From a virus, in IMG/VR virus record IMGVR_UViG_3300021598_001271, positions 25,267-89,266 of that record: a DNA stretch of 64,000 nucleotides; one strand, 5' to 3'. Below, in pieces: positions 38,654-51,619 of the stretch. How positions within the stretch are numbered: the first letter of the stretch is position 1; every line of letters begins with the position of its first letter. Below the pieces are notes generated by a model, which ran no database searches, was not told the DNA's origin, and saw only the letters and a list, made by a program, of their open reading frames with translations. A program made the translations under genes and the position numbers.

Positions 38654-39574
38654 TTATTTCATTTTATAATAATAATCGTTTATTTCACCTCTTAAATCAC
38701 ACACGTCCTTATCAACAGGTAATTTTACAATCTTAACCCTATTGTATAATTCACCACCATTCAGTTCTTTGTAAAGTTTTTTAGAATTCTCCCAAGCATC
38801 ACCATCAAGACAAATAATAATATCTCCTTTTGACTTAAAATATATTGACTCAAAAAGAACTGATGATAAATGTTTACCTAACATAGGAATACTATTCTCC
38901 AAAAAGAAACCATCAAATACCCCTTCAACAATATAAATGTCTTTTTCCCAATCAATCAAATGTTCGTTGAAGATTATCTTGTCTTTTTCTGCAATAGGAT
39001 TTTTATATTTGAATTTAGGATTACCTCCCCAAGCTCTACCAACAAAATAGTTTAATTCACCTTCTTTAGTGTAAGAAGGAACTATGATTCTACCACTGTA
39101 ATCACCTTTCATAGTATAACCTATCTGATATTTCTCAATAATATCGTCAGTGATACCTCTACTTTTTAAATAATTTAACGCCTCTCGATGAGGTGGATAA
39201 ATAGGGTTACTGTCTTTAAACGTAACATAACCCTCGGGAAGTCTTAATTTGATTTTTTTTACCTGTTTCTCTTCAAACTCTTCAGGTCTAATAAGGTTGT
39301 AAGTCTTTTTAAGTTTTTTATTTGCGTATTTGTCAAATAATTTACCTAACGGTCCGTGAGTTCCGTGAGTTTCACCACAACTCCAACATTTGTATACGTG
39401 TCGACCATAATTGATTTCTAAATTACCTTTACCATCAAGTTTGTCAAGTCCTTTGATATCGTATGAGCATACTGGACAGTCAAAAGATATTTGCATTTTT
39501 GACTGATAGTGTTGTTTGGGTTTACCCAAAAACTCCTCAAGTAATTCTACTACTATTTCAATTTCATCTGACAC
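38654..39574 (-). CDS. DNA primase (zinc finger + TOPRIM)
   Basis: CPVC...CWSC, YLKSRGI, RIIVP, YFVGR, VEGVFD, LDGDA. Confidence 0.92.
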   Translation of the reverse strand: MSDEIEIVVELLEEFLGKPKQHYQSKMQISFDCPVCSYDIKGLDKLDGKGNLEINYGRHVYKCWSCGETHGTHGPLGKLFDKYANKKLKKTYNLIRPEEFEEKQVKKIKLRLPEGYVTFKDSNPIYPPHREALNYLKSRGITDDIIEKYQIGYTMKGDYSGRIIVPSYTKEGELNYFVGRAWGGNPKFKYKNPIAEKDKIIFNEHLIDWEKDIYIVEGVFDGFFLENSIPMLGKHLSSVLFESIYFKSKGDIIICLDGDAWENSKKLYKELNGGELYNRVKIVKLPVDKDVCDLRGEINDYYYKMK

Positions 39575-39609
39575 AGATTAAAGATAATCAATAATGCCAA
39601 ATAAATCAA

Positions 39610-40209
39610 TTACCAAATCTCTTGTTGTTTCATAAAACCTAATGCACAGGTATAAGCATCAGTTTGGTCGAAGTTTTCTTTCTTTAAAGTACTATTTCTA
39701 GTGTATTGCCAAGTAATTTGTGGCTCTCTTTTTGCAACCAATTCCCAAATCATCATTTTCTTATCAATGTCTTTAGGTAATCCACCAAATAAAACGTGTT
39801 TACCTTTATCGTTAGGTTGTATTAAGTGTGGGAATGCAAATTTTCTTGAATTATATGTCGAGATAAATTCAGGGACAACCCCTAAAACATCATATACTTC
39901 TTTAAAAATTAATGTGTTGTATCTGAGTAAGGTACTAATGGTATAAACGTTATTAGAATTTAACAAAGGTTCTTCAATAACTACGTGAGTAATACCTAAA
40001 CCTTGATAGTTTGAAAGTTTGGTTCTAAACATTTCCGCCTTAACCAATAACTCTTCCATTTTGTTTTCCTTTTTTGGTTTTGGTTGTGGAGAAATGTGTG
40101 TTAATTCTAATAATTGTTTTGTTGTGATATCAAATAACGCCCATCCAATTGTTTTAGTAGACACGTCTAATCCCAAAACTTTCGGGTTGTTTTCTATTTT
40201 TTTTGACAT
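39610..40209 (-). CDS. RuvC-like Holliday junction resolvase
   Basis: VLGLDVSTKTIGW, VVIEEP, DQTDA. Confidence 0.8.
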   Translation of the reverse strand: MSKKIENNPKVLGLDVSTKTIGWALFDITTKQLLELTHISPQPKPKKENKMEELLVKAEMFRTKLSNYQGLGITHVVIEEPLLNSNNVYTISTLLRYNTLIFKEVYDVLGVVPEFISTYNSRKFAFPHLIQPNDKGKHVLFGGLPKDIDKKMMIWELVAKREPQITWQYTRNSTLKKENFDQTDAYTCALGFMKQQEIW

Positions 40210-40264
40210 AAAATTCTTTATTTAAAAAAAATATACGCTAATAGTTAATATAATAAAGATTTTT

Positions 40265-42469
40265 TTAAAAATCTATCTTGATAGCGTATTGCTGGGTACC
40301 TTGTCTAAGAATTGGTGATTGTAATTTAGTAATAACCATTAACTCTTTATCTTCATTAAATAAACCAATCTCAGTAACGTATGCGGTTGAACCTGAAAAC
40401 CAAGTAGGATTACTTGTATTAGTAAATTGTGTAGAAGCTAAATTACATAAAAACTTCATCTCGTAAATTGTTGCTTGGATATCGGTTTCAATGTTACCAT
40501 AAAAATAATATTCATCACCAAAATTCAATATATCCTCTTCCCCTGTAGGTTGAGGTAAATAAATATAGTTAGCTAAGTTATATAAAGGTGAACCCGTATA
40601 TTGATTATGACTAATAACAAATGTATTTCCTGTCATACCTGATGGGGTAATAAACCCATTAACACTTGATGCCGATAATTGACTAGTAAAATCAATTACT
40701 CTCCACTGACCAGGGTCTGGTTGTGTAGTTGAACCTGACACTAATTGGGCAAGTACTTGGAACTGTGTTGCGTTATAACCCATAAAACAACAGTCTTCTA
40801 AGAATGGAAACTCATTACCAAATCTAATGTTTACGTTTTGTCTATCGGCAGTACATCCCGTGAAAGGACCCTGTATTTTAGAATAATAATTACAATGTAA
40901 CGAATCAGTAAATGCAGTAGAATTAAATCTGTATGTCACGTACATATATTCGTTTTCATTACCCATAACACCATAATCATCATCAATTGCATCACATAAA
41001 TTAGGAGCAGATAAAGATAATCTTGGTGCGGATAAAGTCCAATTTCTATTAGATTTGTAAGATAACGCTGCAACTATTTCCTCATCATCAAATATAATCT
41101 GTTTTAAGTCAGGGAATACCTTACCAACTCTACTAGGATATCCATTACTATTTGGATGTGTATCGTATAAATGGTAGTATCTCAAACCAGGGTTATTCAT
41201 ATCTAAGTTTTTACTAGACTTCATATATTTCACTTGGAACAAGTCTAGGTTTGGATTATCAAAACCTGGAGGGTCAACATAAAATATTTCTCCCATATTA
41301 CCCGTACTTGATTTATGCCACATTAACGAAGGAATAGTAACTTTAAAATTTCTTGCAAAACCTGTTTGGTCTATAGCGTTAATGTCATATGGTTCTAAAG
41401 CAAATTTTTCACCATAAAAACTATCAACCGCATTGTTAGTATAATGAACAATAGCAATAGCTTTTTGTTCGTTTGGTTGTACATTTATAACATCATCAAA
41501 TGAGTTATAATAAAAAGTATCAGTAGTCTCTGCAGTCATTGTTGGACTAACCCAAAAAGTTTGTCCTGAAACTTCCTGATAACCAAAGTATTCTTTACTA
41601 CCCAAGTACTCAACTGAACCAAATTTGTTATAACCTTCATTAAGAGCCGACCACAAACCTGCAGGATTAACAGACCAAGGAATATTCATATTCCAAACTT
41701 TAACATCAGTATTACCTAAATCACAAATAGATTCAAAATTAATTACATCAGGTGGCCAATATCCCATTGGTGTGGTTGTGTCGTACAATTCGGTCATTCC
41801 TGAAGGATATATTAATGCTCTCGCATTTCCACAACAACTAGCACCACTAAAATTAGGGATGTTTCTATCTAGTTCAACTAAATTACCATTAATGTTTTGT
41901 ATTTTATAAGTTAATATAGGGAAGTTACCCGTAATATTTCCACAACCACCATTACCGTCAAATAAAAAAGTAATAATATCACCAATTTCAGGTGTACCTG
42001 TTGTAGGTGAACAAAAATCAGGCTCCAACACTATTAAATTACCGTTACATAAACATAAATCTACAGTGTAGTTAGCATTTTTTGTATAGGCTGAGTTTGT
42101 AATTGCGGACCAACTGTAAGGAGTACCTGTAAAAAATCCTCTAGTTGCCGCAGTATTATAAATTGGGGAAACTACCGATTCTTGAATGGCAATTCCGTAT
42201 GTACTTCCTGAAGACCCTTTAACATAAAATGGGTACTTCAAATTCATTTTATTACTATTTGGTTCTTGACTACTATTTTGAGAATTATAAGCAGCTTCTA
42301 AAATAAAATTATTAGTTTGATTATAGTTTGGTGCAGAATTATACGAAACTTCACTATCCCCAATTTGGAAATATCTGATATCAAATCTACCCTGAGATAG
42401 TCTTAACCTACCTGTGTCCGTAATTCTAGTATTAAGTAATCCTGAAGTGTTTTTTATTATATATGCCAT
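40265..42469 (-). CDS. Putative virion structural (tail/baseplate) protein
   Basis: N-terminal ITDTGR..L..G.F.I.YFQIGDSE and C-terminal YVTEIGLFN...LMVITKL..P motifs typical of phage tail/baseplate proteins. Confidence 0.7.
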   Translation of the reverse strand: MAYIIKNTSGLLNTRITDTGRLRLSQGRFDIRYFQIGDSEVSYNSAPNYNQTNNFILEAAYNSQNSSQEPNSNKMNLKYPFYVKGSSGSTYGIAIQESVVSPIYNTAATRGFFTGTPYSWSAITNSAYTKNANYTVDLCLCNGNLIVLEPDFCSPTTGTPEIGDIITFLFDGNGGCGNITGNFPILTYKIQNINGNLVELDRNIPNFSGASCCGNARALIYPSGMTELYDTTTPMGYWPPDVINFESICDLGNTDVKVWNMNIPWSVNPAGLWSALNEGYNKFGSVEYLGSKEYFGYQEVSGQTFWVSPTMTAETTDTFYYNSFDDVINVQPNEQKAIAIVHYTNNAVDSFYGEKFALEPYDINAIDQTGFARNFKVTIPSLMWHKSSTGNMGEIFYVDPPGFDNPNLDLFQVKYMKSSKNLDMNNPGLRYYHLYDTHPNSNGYPSRVGKVFPDLKQIIFDDEEIVAALSYKSNRNWTLSAPRLSLSAPNLCDAIDDDYGVMGNENEYMYVTYRFNSTAFTDSLHCNYYSKIQGPFTGCTADRQNVNIRFGNEFPFLEDCCFMGYNATQFQVLAQLVSGSTTQPDPGQWRVIDFTSQLSASSVNGFITPSGMTGNTFVISHNQYTGSPLYNLANYIYLPQPTGEEDILNFGDEYYFYGNIETDIQATIYEMKFLCNLASTQFTNTSNPTWFSGSTAYVTEIGLFNEDKELMVITKLQSPILRQGTQQYAIKIDF

Positions 42470-42480
42470 ATTGATAAATA

Positions 42481-43812
42481 TTAAGGTGTATAAATTTGTA
42501 TTTGATTTCTAACAACTCTGTCTGATATTATTTGACAACAGTTACAAGAATTACTAATGATGTTTAAATATACAGTTACGTTAGCCTCTCCTTTAGTTAT
42601 ACAAGGAAGGACTGATTGACCATTAGTTTCTGTGTTAATACCAATTTGAATGGTTCCTGTTAAAGTATCTCCGTTATTAAATGTAAAAGGTCCTGACTTA
42701 TACATAGCATTACCTGTTTGATTTATGTATATTGGATTACAAGTATCTGATGACCCATTACCTAAAGACAATGGAGTCATAGTATTAATTGTTTGAGGGG
42801 AACCATTTATTAAGAATGAATGGTTATTAACATCCCAAGCAACTGAGCCAGGTCCACTACCAATAACAGAATATTCTAACATAAATTCCGCAGTAACATT
42901 AATTCCCAAAGGTAATGAAAACGGATTAGACAAATCATATTGGAATGAATAATACTTGTAGTTACCACTAGTACCGTCATAAGTAAAGTTTGTTGCCGTA
43001 GCCGCCAACGTGTACGTATTAACATTGGTACCTCCAACAGTTATACTTTGGTTAATTATATAATTATTCGCATCTTTATAATATACATTATATGTATTAG
43101 GTGCTAATCCCGTAAACCAACCAATTGGGTTATTAAAATTAACTCCATCTAAAGAGAATGAATAAGGCGCAACTCCAAGAATAACATTAGCACCAATAGT
43201 ACCGTTATTTTGATAACAATCCGAAGGTGTTGAATTAAGGGTTAATACGGTTTTAGAGGATTCAGGTATAGACGCACAAGTTCCTATTTGGGCAATAATA
43301 TAATATTCCATTCCAAGAGGATTATATGAATACCAATTACTATCAGGGATATTATCAAAATCACCTGACCTAAAATACCCACCATAAGGTAAATAACCCA
43401 ACATTTCCCAATACCCATTAGTATTCCAAGAAACATTTGCGGTATTACCTGTATAATAAGGTTTACCATTTATTGATGTACCTGAATCACAAACATCAAT
43501 TAATGTGGTTACATTATTCTTTGTATCTAAAAGAGTAATACAAAGACAAGTTAATGTTGGTGGAGTAGGTTCAACTTCAAAATTCTCATATGTCATACAA
43601 GATTGATTGTAAAGTGTAATACCTGTTGTAGTGTTTGGCACCGCAACTTGCACACCACTTATATTCGTTAAACTAGCCAATGTTATTCCCGTGGCAGGTA
43701 ATAAAGAAGGATATAATTGGGCAATATTACCACTACCGATTATATCGTAATATATAGTGTATGGACCTGTAGAAGTTCCTCCTGTTATTTTTATAGTATA
43801 ATAATTATCCAT
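42481..43812 (-). CDS. Putative virion protein with SprB-like repeat
   Basis: C..NNGTI....LGVAPYSFSLDG...FTGLAPNTYNVYYKDAN. Confidence 0.65.
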   Translation of the reverse strand: MDNYYTIKITGGTSTGPYTIYYDIIGSGNIAQLYPSLLPATGITLASLTNISGVQVAVPNTTTGITLYNQSCMTYENFEVEPTPPTLTCLCITLLDTKNNVTTLIDVCDSGTSINGKPYYTGNTANVSWNTNGYWEMLGYLPYGGYFRSGDFDNIPDSNWYSYNPLGMEYYIIAQIGTCASIPESSKTVLTLNSTPSDCYQNNGTIGANVILGVAPYSFSLDGVNFNNPIGWFTGLAPNTYNVYYKDANNYIINQSITVGGTNVNTYTLAATATNFTYDGTSGNYKYYSFQYDLSNPFSLPLGINVTAEFMLEYSVIGSGPGSVAWDVNNHSFLINGSPQTINTMTPLSLGNGSSDTCNPIYINQTGNAMYKSGPFTFNNGDTLTGTIQIGINTETNGQSVLPCITKGEANVTVYLNIISNSCNCCQIISDRVVRNQIQIYTP

Positions 43813-45148
43813 TACAACCTGAAATTATTTCAATAGAATTTATAGTATTAATATTACCGCTAGTTATTGTTAAAGTATATGTAATATCATTAGGGGCGAT
43901 ATTACTATATACAATATTATTGTAAATACTGTTATTAATAGTAAGTTCTCCTGTACTATAGGTACTAATACCACATCCACCCGTAGGTGTTTGAGCATCT
44001 ACATATACATCTATAACATCTCCTATTGTTATCGTAAAATTACCTCCGTTAGTTGGTCCGCCACAAGGAGTTCCACTATTAAATTGGTAAATAGTTACCC
44101 CATTCAATTTAATCCATCCCGCAGTTTTAGCACATTGACAATTAGGACATTCTTTAAAATGTGACCAAGTAATGTTTTGAGTCTGTGGTAACGGAGTTGC
44201 GGTTGGTGTTGCGGTTGGAGGTGGTGGGGGTACTGGTAATATTGGAGTTGGTTGAGGTACTGGTGTAGGGGTAGGTGTCGGTGTTGGAGTTGCAGTAGGT
44301 GTGTTGTATTCAATAACTGAACCATCAAAACTGCAATCAACAGACGATGTTAATTCACAAGTTGTTGATGCGGTAAAATCCCCCCATAAATCTTTAACAT
44401 TAACAGTATAAGTCCCTGAAGGTTGGTTAAATATAGTATTACCCGTTATACTTGAATTATTGGGTAATGTCCACACAACAGTGTATGGAGTGGTTCCACC
44501 TGTAACATAAACAGATAGTATACCGTCATATCCGTTTTCACTTGGCTCGTTAATAATATTACATTGTACACCTAAAGGAAGTAATGTTATTGGTCCACAT
44601 TCATTTTCACTTTGTCCAGGTATTGGTACATTACTAGTTGTTGTAGTAGTTGTTGGGGGACAAGGTTGACATTCACCGTATTGACAACTATTACTAGGTT
44701 GAGTGTTAACTAAATAGTTTCCTCCTGCATTTAACGTCAAATAAGGTTGTGAATTAAATTCAACTGCCTTATAACAAAAAAGATAAGGTTGTACAATAAT
44801 TAAAGTACCAATAACAAATTCATCTTGATTGATGTAAGTATTCGATAATTTATATAGTTTATTATCACAACAACCTCTAACATATTGACTTTTTTTACAA
44901 GGAGATGTGACCGCAGGACCTAAAGTAGTTCCATCAAAATATCTTACAATAACACCATCAGATACATATGCTGGGGATACAGGTATCGTACCATTAATGT
45001 CGTAAAAGGCTGACCAACTTATTGTCGACGCACTACTTGTTTGGAATGAAGGGTCACAATAGTATCCAATGACTGGGTTAATCCCAAATCTCCAACAAGC
45101 ATCCGAATCAGTGGCACCGATAGCTAAATATTGTAACGTTAACGCCAT
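43805..45148 (-). CDS. Putative virion protein: Cys modules, SprB-like repeat, Pro/Thr linker
   Basis: DGILSVYVTGGTTPYTVVW...GTYTVNVKD; [12 protein letters not shown] tract. Confidence 0.7.
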   Translation of the reverse strand: MALTLQYLAIGATDSDACWRFGINPVIGYYCDPSFQTSSASTISWSAFYDINGTIPVSPAYVSDGVIVRYFDGTTLGPAVTSPCKKSQYVRGCCDNKLYKLSNTYINQDEFVIGTLIIVQPYLFCYKAVEFNSQPYLTLNAGGNYLVNTQPSNSCQYGECQPCPPTTTTTTSNVPIPGQSENECGPITLLPLGVQCNIINEPSENGYDGILSVYVTGGTTPYTVVWTLPNNSSITGNTIFNQPSGTYTVNVKDLWGDFTASTTCELTSSVDCSFDGSVIEYNTPTATPTPTPTPTPVPQPTPILPVPPPPPTATPTATPLPQTQNITWSHFKECPNCQCAKTAGWIKLNGVTIYQFNSGTPCGGPTNGGNFTITIGDVIDVYVDAQTPTGGCGISTYSTGELTINNSIYNNIVYSNIAPNDITYTLTITSGNINTINSIEIISGCNG

Positions 45149-45369
45149 TATATATTTATTAAATCTTTAATTTCACAACCATTATCATCAATAGCCTTAA
45201 CACTCGCAGTACTTAAAGGTAAGTAAGGTGCTGGAACTAAAAACGTATATGGTATGTCAACGTCGTTTATGGTTGTAATGAAAATACAATTCAAATAACT
45301 TCCGTCACACAGATAAATATCGTATGGTTCAGTTCCATTTAAATTTGTTATTGTTATTGTTTTATTCAT
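45148..45369 (-). CDS. Small beta-rich protein
   Basis: TITITNLNGTEPYDIY resembles the N-terminus of 42481..43812. Confidence 0.7.
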   Translation of the reverse strand: MNKTITITNLNGTEPYDIYLCDGSYLNCIFITTINDVDIPYTFLVPAPYLPLSTASVKAIDDNGCEIKDLINI

Positions 45370-45381
45370 ATTTTATATTAA

Positions 45382-48300
45382 TTAACAAGGCACTACATCA
45401 ATAATAACTCCTGAGTTAGAAATTTGAATAGCGTAAGCCGACCCAACTCCATTTAATTTTATTGCCACCCATTTATTACCTCCTGCGGTTGGTAAACTAG
45501 GATATGAGTCATATACAATATCTCCAACAGTGATAGAATTTATTGTAGACCTTTGGATAAGATAACCTCTAACCGCATTATAAGTTAAACAAGCAGATGT
45601 ACTAGTAAATGCGTCGGGTACTGTTCTTCCTATGTAAGTGAAAAATCCTACTGTAGGGGTTGGCGATGGTGGTGTAGGTATTGATGAACAACAAATAGCA
45701 ACAACTTTATTAGCGGTTCTTAACGCCACATACATTCTATTTGTTGGTGGGTGATATTGTATTGTGAAAGGTTGTGACGATAAAGGTATTTTATTTTCAA
45801 CAATTCCTGTTGATGGGTTCATAACCGCAATTGTATTATCACCACTATTAACAATATATAACCTTCCATTAGTTGTATTATATTCAATAGCGGTCGGATT
45901 TGAAAGTAATGCTGAAGTATATACGGCACCTACAGTACCTCCAGTTGGGTTAATGTTTATAATTGAAATTGCATTAGCTTGGTGTGGTATAAATATTCTA
46001 TTATTTGTAGTATCGTGTCCTAGTTTTCTTATGGTTCCTAAAACAGGATAAGACAATGGTATAGTACCTATAATACTATTTGTTAAAGGATTTATAATTG
46101 TTACCGTATTCGTAGTAATATTAGTTAGGAATAATCTATTATTGTATGAACTATGTAAAAATCCTCCTCCACATTTACCAGGTATACCTGTCATAACACC
46201 AGATACTGTCAATGAAGGTGAGAATACTCTAATAATTTCTCCTGTAGTTGTTCCACTATTATTAGTAATATAAACATAATCATTTATAGGATTATAAACC
46301 ATTCTTCCACCCGTATTGGACGCTGGTCCAAGATTAGTTGTTTGAAACGCAGTTGATGAAATACTAAGTGGGAGTTTAACAATTATTTTATTATTATTAT
46401 TATCATAAACCATATCAGTACCAGGGGCAATAGGATTATATGGTGTTGGTGGTATTGAATTTGTTGATGTATTAATCTGATATACACCACCAGGAATTAT
46501 AGTTGTTCCAGAATAATTTAATACTCGTACTGTATTAGTATCGTCTAATAATAAATCTATAGGACTAAAAGCCACTGATGAAAATTCACTAATAACCACA
46601 TCGGAACAAGTGGTTGGCGTTGGGGTTGGTGTTGGTGTACTTGTTTGAGTTGGAGTTGGCGTACTTGTATTAGTTGGAGTTGGTGTCGGAGTTGATGTTG
46701 ATGTATTTGTTGGCGTAGGTGTAGGTGTTGATGTATTTGTTGGCGTAGGCGTAGCAGTCGGACTATCCGTAGGTGTTGGAGGAATAGTTGCGGTAGGCGT
46801 TGGGCTTGCCGTAGGTACTGGTATTGTTGGGTACGGAGTTGCAGTAGGTGTTTGAGTAGGTGTTGGTGTTGGAGTACCTGTAGGTGTTGGTGTTGGTGTT
46901 GGTGATGGTGGAGGAAGTGGTGGTGTTGGTTGAGGACATCCGTCACAATCTAATCCGACTAATCCTGTGATTGAATTCAATATAGAATTTGAAGATAAGT
47001 TAGATAATGAATCGTAAGTTACACACACAACAGTTTGGTTAATAACTGCCGTCATAGTATAACCAGTTTCTATGGTAATATTATTATAAATTAAATCACC
47101 ATTTATATAATACTCATCACCTGTTTCACAATTTATTAATTTTTTAGTTTGAGAACATTCAAAAGTTTCGTCAAATATTTCATAAGTTAAACTACCAAGG
47201 AAACATAAATCTCTATTAACTGTAGGTGTTGGTGTTGGAGTCGCCGTAGGTGTTGGTGTAGGGACCGTAGTTGCGGATAAACTAATTGATGTACTTGAAC
47301 AGTTTATTGTTGGTGTTGGTGTAGGAGTTCCAGTTTGTGTTGGAGTTGGAGTTGGTGTAGCCGTAGGTGTTGGAGTTGGGGTAGGTGAATAACATTCAAA
47401 TACCGCATCAAAATCAACAATATCACAAGGATTTGTAGTAGTTGTGGTAGTTGAGCAACCACCAGCAAATAATTCATATATATCAGGACAAGAACTGTAA
47501 CAAGGTTCTTTACCGTAAAATATACAAGGACCTCCTAAAGAATCAGAAAGACACCATTTATTACCATCATAGAAAATGTAACCAAAATCACCACCAATTG
47601 CAAAAGTAGTATAATAATAAGGATTACCACCATAATAACCTTGTAATGTGAATGTACCATCATATGAACTTCCATTACTTAAACAATAATTAACCAAACA
47701 AGAATTGGTCGGTGTAGGTGTTGGAGTTTGGGTTGGAGTAGAAGTCGGTGTAGGTGTTGGCGTAGGTGTTGGCGTAGAAGTTGGGGTTTCTGTTGGAGTT
47801 GGCGTAGGTGTTTCTGTTGGCGTTTCTGTTGGAGTCTCTGTTGGTGTTTCTGTTGGAGTCGGTGTAGGTGTTTCGGTTGGCGTTGGTGTCGGACAAGGAT
47901 TATCTATTAAACATAAAGAACAATCAACATCTCCGTAATAAGTCGCTGAAATACCAACGTAAGTTGGGTAAGAAGGATTATAAGAGTGAACAAGGGCACA
48001 ACCAACAAATCCAATAGAGTCGACATAATAAAATTGACCAGGATTTATAGAACCTGGTAATCCAGATATATTATATGTTGAACCGTCACAACAACTAACA
48101 AACGAGTAAATAGGTTGTGTTGGTGTTGGGGTTGGAGTAGGACATATTTGTGAACAATCAACTCCTGTGTATATCGCAATACCATTATAAGGTAATGATG
48201 TATCTACACAAACATTTAATAACAGAGTACTTCCTGATTGATAATCTCCACAACAATCATAATATTCCCAAAATGGAGCATCAGTTACCCCCGAAGTACA

Positions 48301-51300
48301 AGTAATTGGTGTAGGTGTTGGTGTAGGTGTTGGTGTAGGTGTTGGACAAGGAAATACAATTAGACAAGTTGCACAATCAGCATATCCTAAGCCAGCAGAT
48401 ACTGTTGGGTACGATGGATTGTAAGGTAAAGGAATACTATTACAAGTGTAACAAGAAGAACCTATATTGTAAGTTGTGCCAATAGATAATGTAGTAAATC
48501 CAATAATATTAAAATCTACCTCATTCAAAGGTGGTGGTTCGGTACTACAACAGTCAATAAATACATATCTAAAAGCAGCCTCTTCTGTTGGCGTTGGCGT
48601 ATTTGTAGGAGTTTCTGTAGGTGTACTAGTCGGAGTAGAGGTCGGTCCTTCAGTTGGTGTTGGAGTACTTGTTGGTGTATTAGTCGGAGTACTAGTTGGC
48701 GTAGAGGTTGGTCCTTCAGTTGGTGTTGGTGTAGGTGTTTCGGTTGGCGTTGGTGTCGGACAAGGTCCGTTATCAATAACGGTTAAACCTGGATTGTTAT
48801 CATAACAAGCACCAAACGCTAATAAACAAGCACATATTTGAATATCATTACCGTCCGCAATTTCAAATCCAAGAATCTCATTTCCTTCACAATCAACATA
48901 ATCAAAAAACTGAGGAGTACCAGTTGTATTTATAATTGTATAAGAAATACAATCGGTACAAAAAGGATTTGAACATTCAGTTTGAAATACTAAAGCTAAG
49001 CTGGCCGTTTGACGAGGTGCTGATTCAGGTTCAATACAGGTCCAACAACTACCATCACATTCAGACGAATATGTTTGACCAACAACGCCATCAAAATCAT
49101 TTTGAACTATATACTGACCACAACAACTTATAAATTTATTAGATGAAATAGGTGGTTGGGTAGATGTTGGTGTAGGGGTTGGTTCAATAGGTATTGGTGT
49201 TGGAGTAGGTGTAGGTGTTGGAGTAGGTGTTGGTGTCGATGTCGGACTTGTGGTAGGTGTCGGTGTTGGTACAATTGGGGTTGGCGTAGGTGTTGGAGCC
49301 ACCGTAGTTGACGTAGGCGTAGGAGTTGGTTCTCCAGGTGTAGGTGTAGGGGTTGGTGTAGGGTCAACATCACATACACAATTAGTACAGTTTTTACCTG
49401 TTGGGTGACAGATATTACAAGGGTCTGAAACTAACAATTCTGAACAAAAAGTAACTATTTGGCCAGGAAGTACCGTAATTGTCGTATTATCTTGCAACTC
49501 ACAATCAAGATAAGTTACTAAACATTCATCAAGACCTTCACTATTATCCGCTTCCCAACATATAACCACAGGTGCTGGTGTTGGAGTTGGGGTAGGTGTT
49601 GGTTGTTGTCCACAAACACAATTTTCGTCAATACCCGCATCTAAAATATTGATTGAAAATGGTTTATTAATATCATAACAAATGAATACACCTTGGCTAC
49701 CACTACCTGTTTCTAAATTTCCATTACAATCAAAGTAACTGTAATTATCGGCATCGATAATTAAACCCCTGTGACAATCACAAGGCAAATCTGTAGGTGT
49801 AGGAGTTGGTACCACCGTAGTTGACGTAGGCGTAGGAGTTGGGACAACTGTGGTTGAAGTAGGTGTAGGGGTTGGCTCAATAGGGATGGTTGTTGATGTT
49901 GGAGTTGGTGTTGGTTCAGGTGTCTGAGTTGGTGTTGGTGTCGGGGTTGGTGTTGGTGTACACGGTCCGTTATCAATTATTGAGATACCAGGTGTTGCAC
50001 TAACAGTACCTTCGATAGCACAAAAACTTATTACTTCATTTTCAATTGGGAAATCCTGAGGATTACCGTCACAATCTGTGTAAAATACCGTTCCAGGTCC
50101 ACCACCAGAACTTATAGCGGTGTAAGAAACACAAGGTGGAGTAGTAGGTGTAGGTGTTGGTGTTGGTATTTGTGATGCACAACAATTATTAGTACTTGTT
50201 ATAGTTGAATTTACTAATATTATCGGTAAGTCGTTTTCATAGTAATATATTTGAGGTGTAGTGCCAATTGGATTACAAAAAGCATTTAAATAATTACCTG
50301 CAGTATCATATGTATTTGTTTCAGTATTACCTATATCACCACAAATTTTGTTACTAACATATATAGTATTATCCAAATATATGGTATTACCTATAGCATT
50401 ATCTAAATCTATTTGAGAAATGTTAACATCCCAATAATAGCAAGGACAAGGTGTTGGCGTCGGTGTTGTTTGAACACACTGTGGACAGTTTTGAGGTGAT
50501 GGGTCTCCTGCAGGGTCACCAGGCCCTTCACATACTTCATATCCTTGGGTATAATATGTGTAAGAAGTATTTGGGTATTGAGTATCTAAATCAATGGCAG
50601 GTGAGGGAGGAATTCCATCATAACCTTTGAAACAAAAAACAGGACTTCCATTATTAACTTGATATACCTTATCAATTAAAAAAGTTAAGGTAGATGATGA
50701 GTAATAAACATATGGTGGACAACAAGAAATACCATATTGAGATGGTAGTGGTAAACAATCTAAACAATCTTGTATTGGTTGATAATAAGAACCAACTAAT
50801 CCGCCATCATTATAAAAAATTGTAGGGTCTTGGGTAATATATTGATAACAATAGTATTGAGTTGTTCTAAAATAATCACCAACAGTTCCTGAAACAGGTG
50901 ATAAAAATAAGAAACCTGTATTACATTGTTCAACAATAAAAGAATCAGTACAAGGCAATTCAATAATACAATTTGTACATCCGCCAGGAGTGTAAGTTTG
51001 TATGTCTAAAAATTTGGCACTAAAATTAAATGTTGTAGCAGAAACAACAGTATAACACCTACCATTATATTCGAAAAAATCACCAGTAACTGGTGAATTG
51101 GGTAAATTAACGGTATATGTTCCAACACCACAAGAACAACCGCTAATTGTATAAGTTAACATAGGAGTACAAGCACTATATCCATCATTACAAGTTAGTC
51201 CTGCTAATTGAGATTGGGGAACCCAAGCTCCAAATGCCAAAGGATATGTACCAGTACCACCTGTACTATAAAATTCAAAGCATTGGTTATTCCATACAAT

Positions 51301-51588
51301 TAAGTCACCACTACTATAATTATTATTTGTAGGGATAACAACATCATATACAGTAAACGGTGAATCACATTGTTTAATTTGAACATTTCTACATCCAGGC
51401 GCACCACAAGCATTAACCTCAAATTCATTAGTAATTGTAACATCAATACCTGTACCACCTGATAATTGTATTTCATAACAAATACCAGTGTTTTCATCAA
51501 GCACAACATCATTAGGGTCATAAAGACCTAGTGTTTCAATTTCTAAAGTTTCACTAACTCCACACCTATTTGCGAAATAAAATTCCAT
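45382..51588 (-). CDS. Giant mucin-like protein: Cys-rich modules, (PT)n linkers, C-terminal YncE/YVTN-like beta-propeller
   Basis: 2068 aa; more than ten Pro-Thr tracts; [12 protein letters not shown] and [22 protein letters not shown] blades. Confidence 0.8.
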   Translation of the reverse strand: MEFYFANRCGVSETLEIETLGLYDPNDVVLDENTGICYEIQLSGGTGIDVTITNEFEVNACGAPGCRNVQIKQCDSPFTVYDVVIPTNNNYSSGDLIVWNNQCFEFYSTGGTGTYPLAFGAWVPQSQLAGLTCNDGYSACTPMLTYTISGCSCGVGTYTVNLPNSPVTGDFFEYNGRCYTVVSATTFNFSAKFLDIQTYTPGGCTNCIIELPCTDSFIVEQCNTGFLFLSPVSGTVGDYFRTTQYYCYQYITQDPTIFYNDGGLVGSYYQPIQDCLDCLPLPSQYGISCCPPYVYYSSSTLTFLIDKVYQVNNGSPVFCFKGYDGIPPSPAIDLDTQYPNTSYTYYTQGYEVCEGPGDPAGDPSPQNCPQCVQTTPTPTPCPCYYWDVNISQIDLDNAIGNTIYLDNTIYVSNKICGDIGNTETNTYDTAGNYLNAFCNPIGTTPQIYYYENDLPIILVNSTITSTNNCCASQIPTPTPTPTTPPCVSYTAISSGGGPGTVFYTDCDGNPQDFPIENEVISFCAIEGTVSATPGISIIDNGPCTPTPTPTPTPTQTPEPTPTPTSTTIPIEPTPTPTSTTVVPTPTPTSTTVVPTPTPTDLPCDCHRGLIIDADNYSYFDCNGNLETGSGSQGVFICYDINKPFSINILDAGIDENCVCGQQPTPTPTPTPAPVVICWEADNSEGLDECLVTYLDCELQDNTTITVLPGQIVTFCSELLVSDPCNICHPTGKNCTNCVCDVDPTPTPTPTPGEPTPTPTSTTVAPTPTPTPIVPTPTPTTSPTSTPTPTPTPTPTPTPIPIEPTPTPTSTQPPISSNKFISCCGQYIVQNDFDGVVGQTYSSECDGSCWTCIEPESAPRQTASLALVFQTECSNPFCTDCISYTIINTTGTPQFFDYVDCEGNEILGFEIADGNDIQICACLLAFGACYDNNPGLTVIDNGPCPTPTPTETPTPTPTEGPTSTPTSTPTNTPTSTPTPTEGPTSTPTSTPTETPTNTPTPTEEAAFRYVFIDCCSTEPPPLNEVDFNIIGFTTLSIGTTYNIGSSCYTCNSIPLPYNPSYPTVSAGLGYADCATCLIVFPCPTPTPTPTPTPTPITCTSGVTDAPFWEYYDCCGDYQSGSTLLLNVCVDTSLPYNGIAIYTGVDCSQICPTPTPTPTQPIYSFVSCCDGSTYNISGLPGSINPGQFYYVDSIGFVGCALVHSYNPSYPTYVGISATYYGDVDCSLCLIDNPCPTPTPTETPTPTPTETPTETPTETPTETPTPTPTETPTSTPTPTPTPTPTSTPTQTPTPTPTNSCLVNYCLSNGSSYDGTFTLQGYYGGNPYYYTTFAIGGDFGYIFYDGNKWCLSDSLGGPCIFYGKEPCYSSCPDIYELFAGGCSTTTTTTNPCDIVDFDAVFECYSPTPTPTPTATPTPTPTQTGTPTPTPTINCSSTSISLSATTVPTPTPTATPTPTPTVNRDLCFLGSLTYEIFDETFECSQTKKLINCETGDEYYINGDLIYNNITIETGYTMTAVINQTVVCVTYDSLSNLSSNSILNSITGLVGLDCDGCPQPTPPLPPPSPTPTPTPTGTPTPTPTQTPTATPYPTIPVPTASPTPTATIPPTPTDSPTATPTPTNTSTPTPTPTNTSTSTPTPTPTNTSTPTPTQTSTPTPTPTPTTCSDVVISEFSSVAFSPIDLLLDDTNTVRVLNYSGTTIIPGGVYQINTSTNSIPPTPYNPIAPGTDMVYDNNNNKIIVKLPLSISSTAFQTTNLGPASNTGGRMVYNPINDYVYITNNSGTTTGEIIRVFSPSLTVSGVMTGIPGKCGGGFLHSSYNNRLFLTNITTNTVTIINPLTNSIIGTIPLSYPVLGTIRKLGHDTTNNRIFIPHQANAISIININPTGGTVGAVYTSALLSNPTAIEYNTTNGRLYIVNSGDNTIAVMNPSTGIVENKIPLSSQPFTIQYHPPTNRMYVALRTANKVVAICCSSIPTPPSPTPTVGFFTYIGRTVPDAFTSTSACLTYNAVRGYLIQRSTINSITVGDIVYDSYPSLPTAGGNKWVAIKLNGVGSAYAIQISNSGVIIDVVPC

Positions 51589-51619
51589 CTATATTTTAAC
51601 CTTATTATGATATAAATAA

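Noticed and set aside
46557-49976. His/Gln/Leu-rich and (VG)n ORFs
   Set aside because: Frame-shifted or antisense readings of the Pro-Thr tracts.
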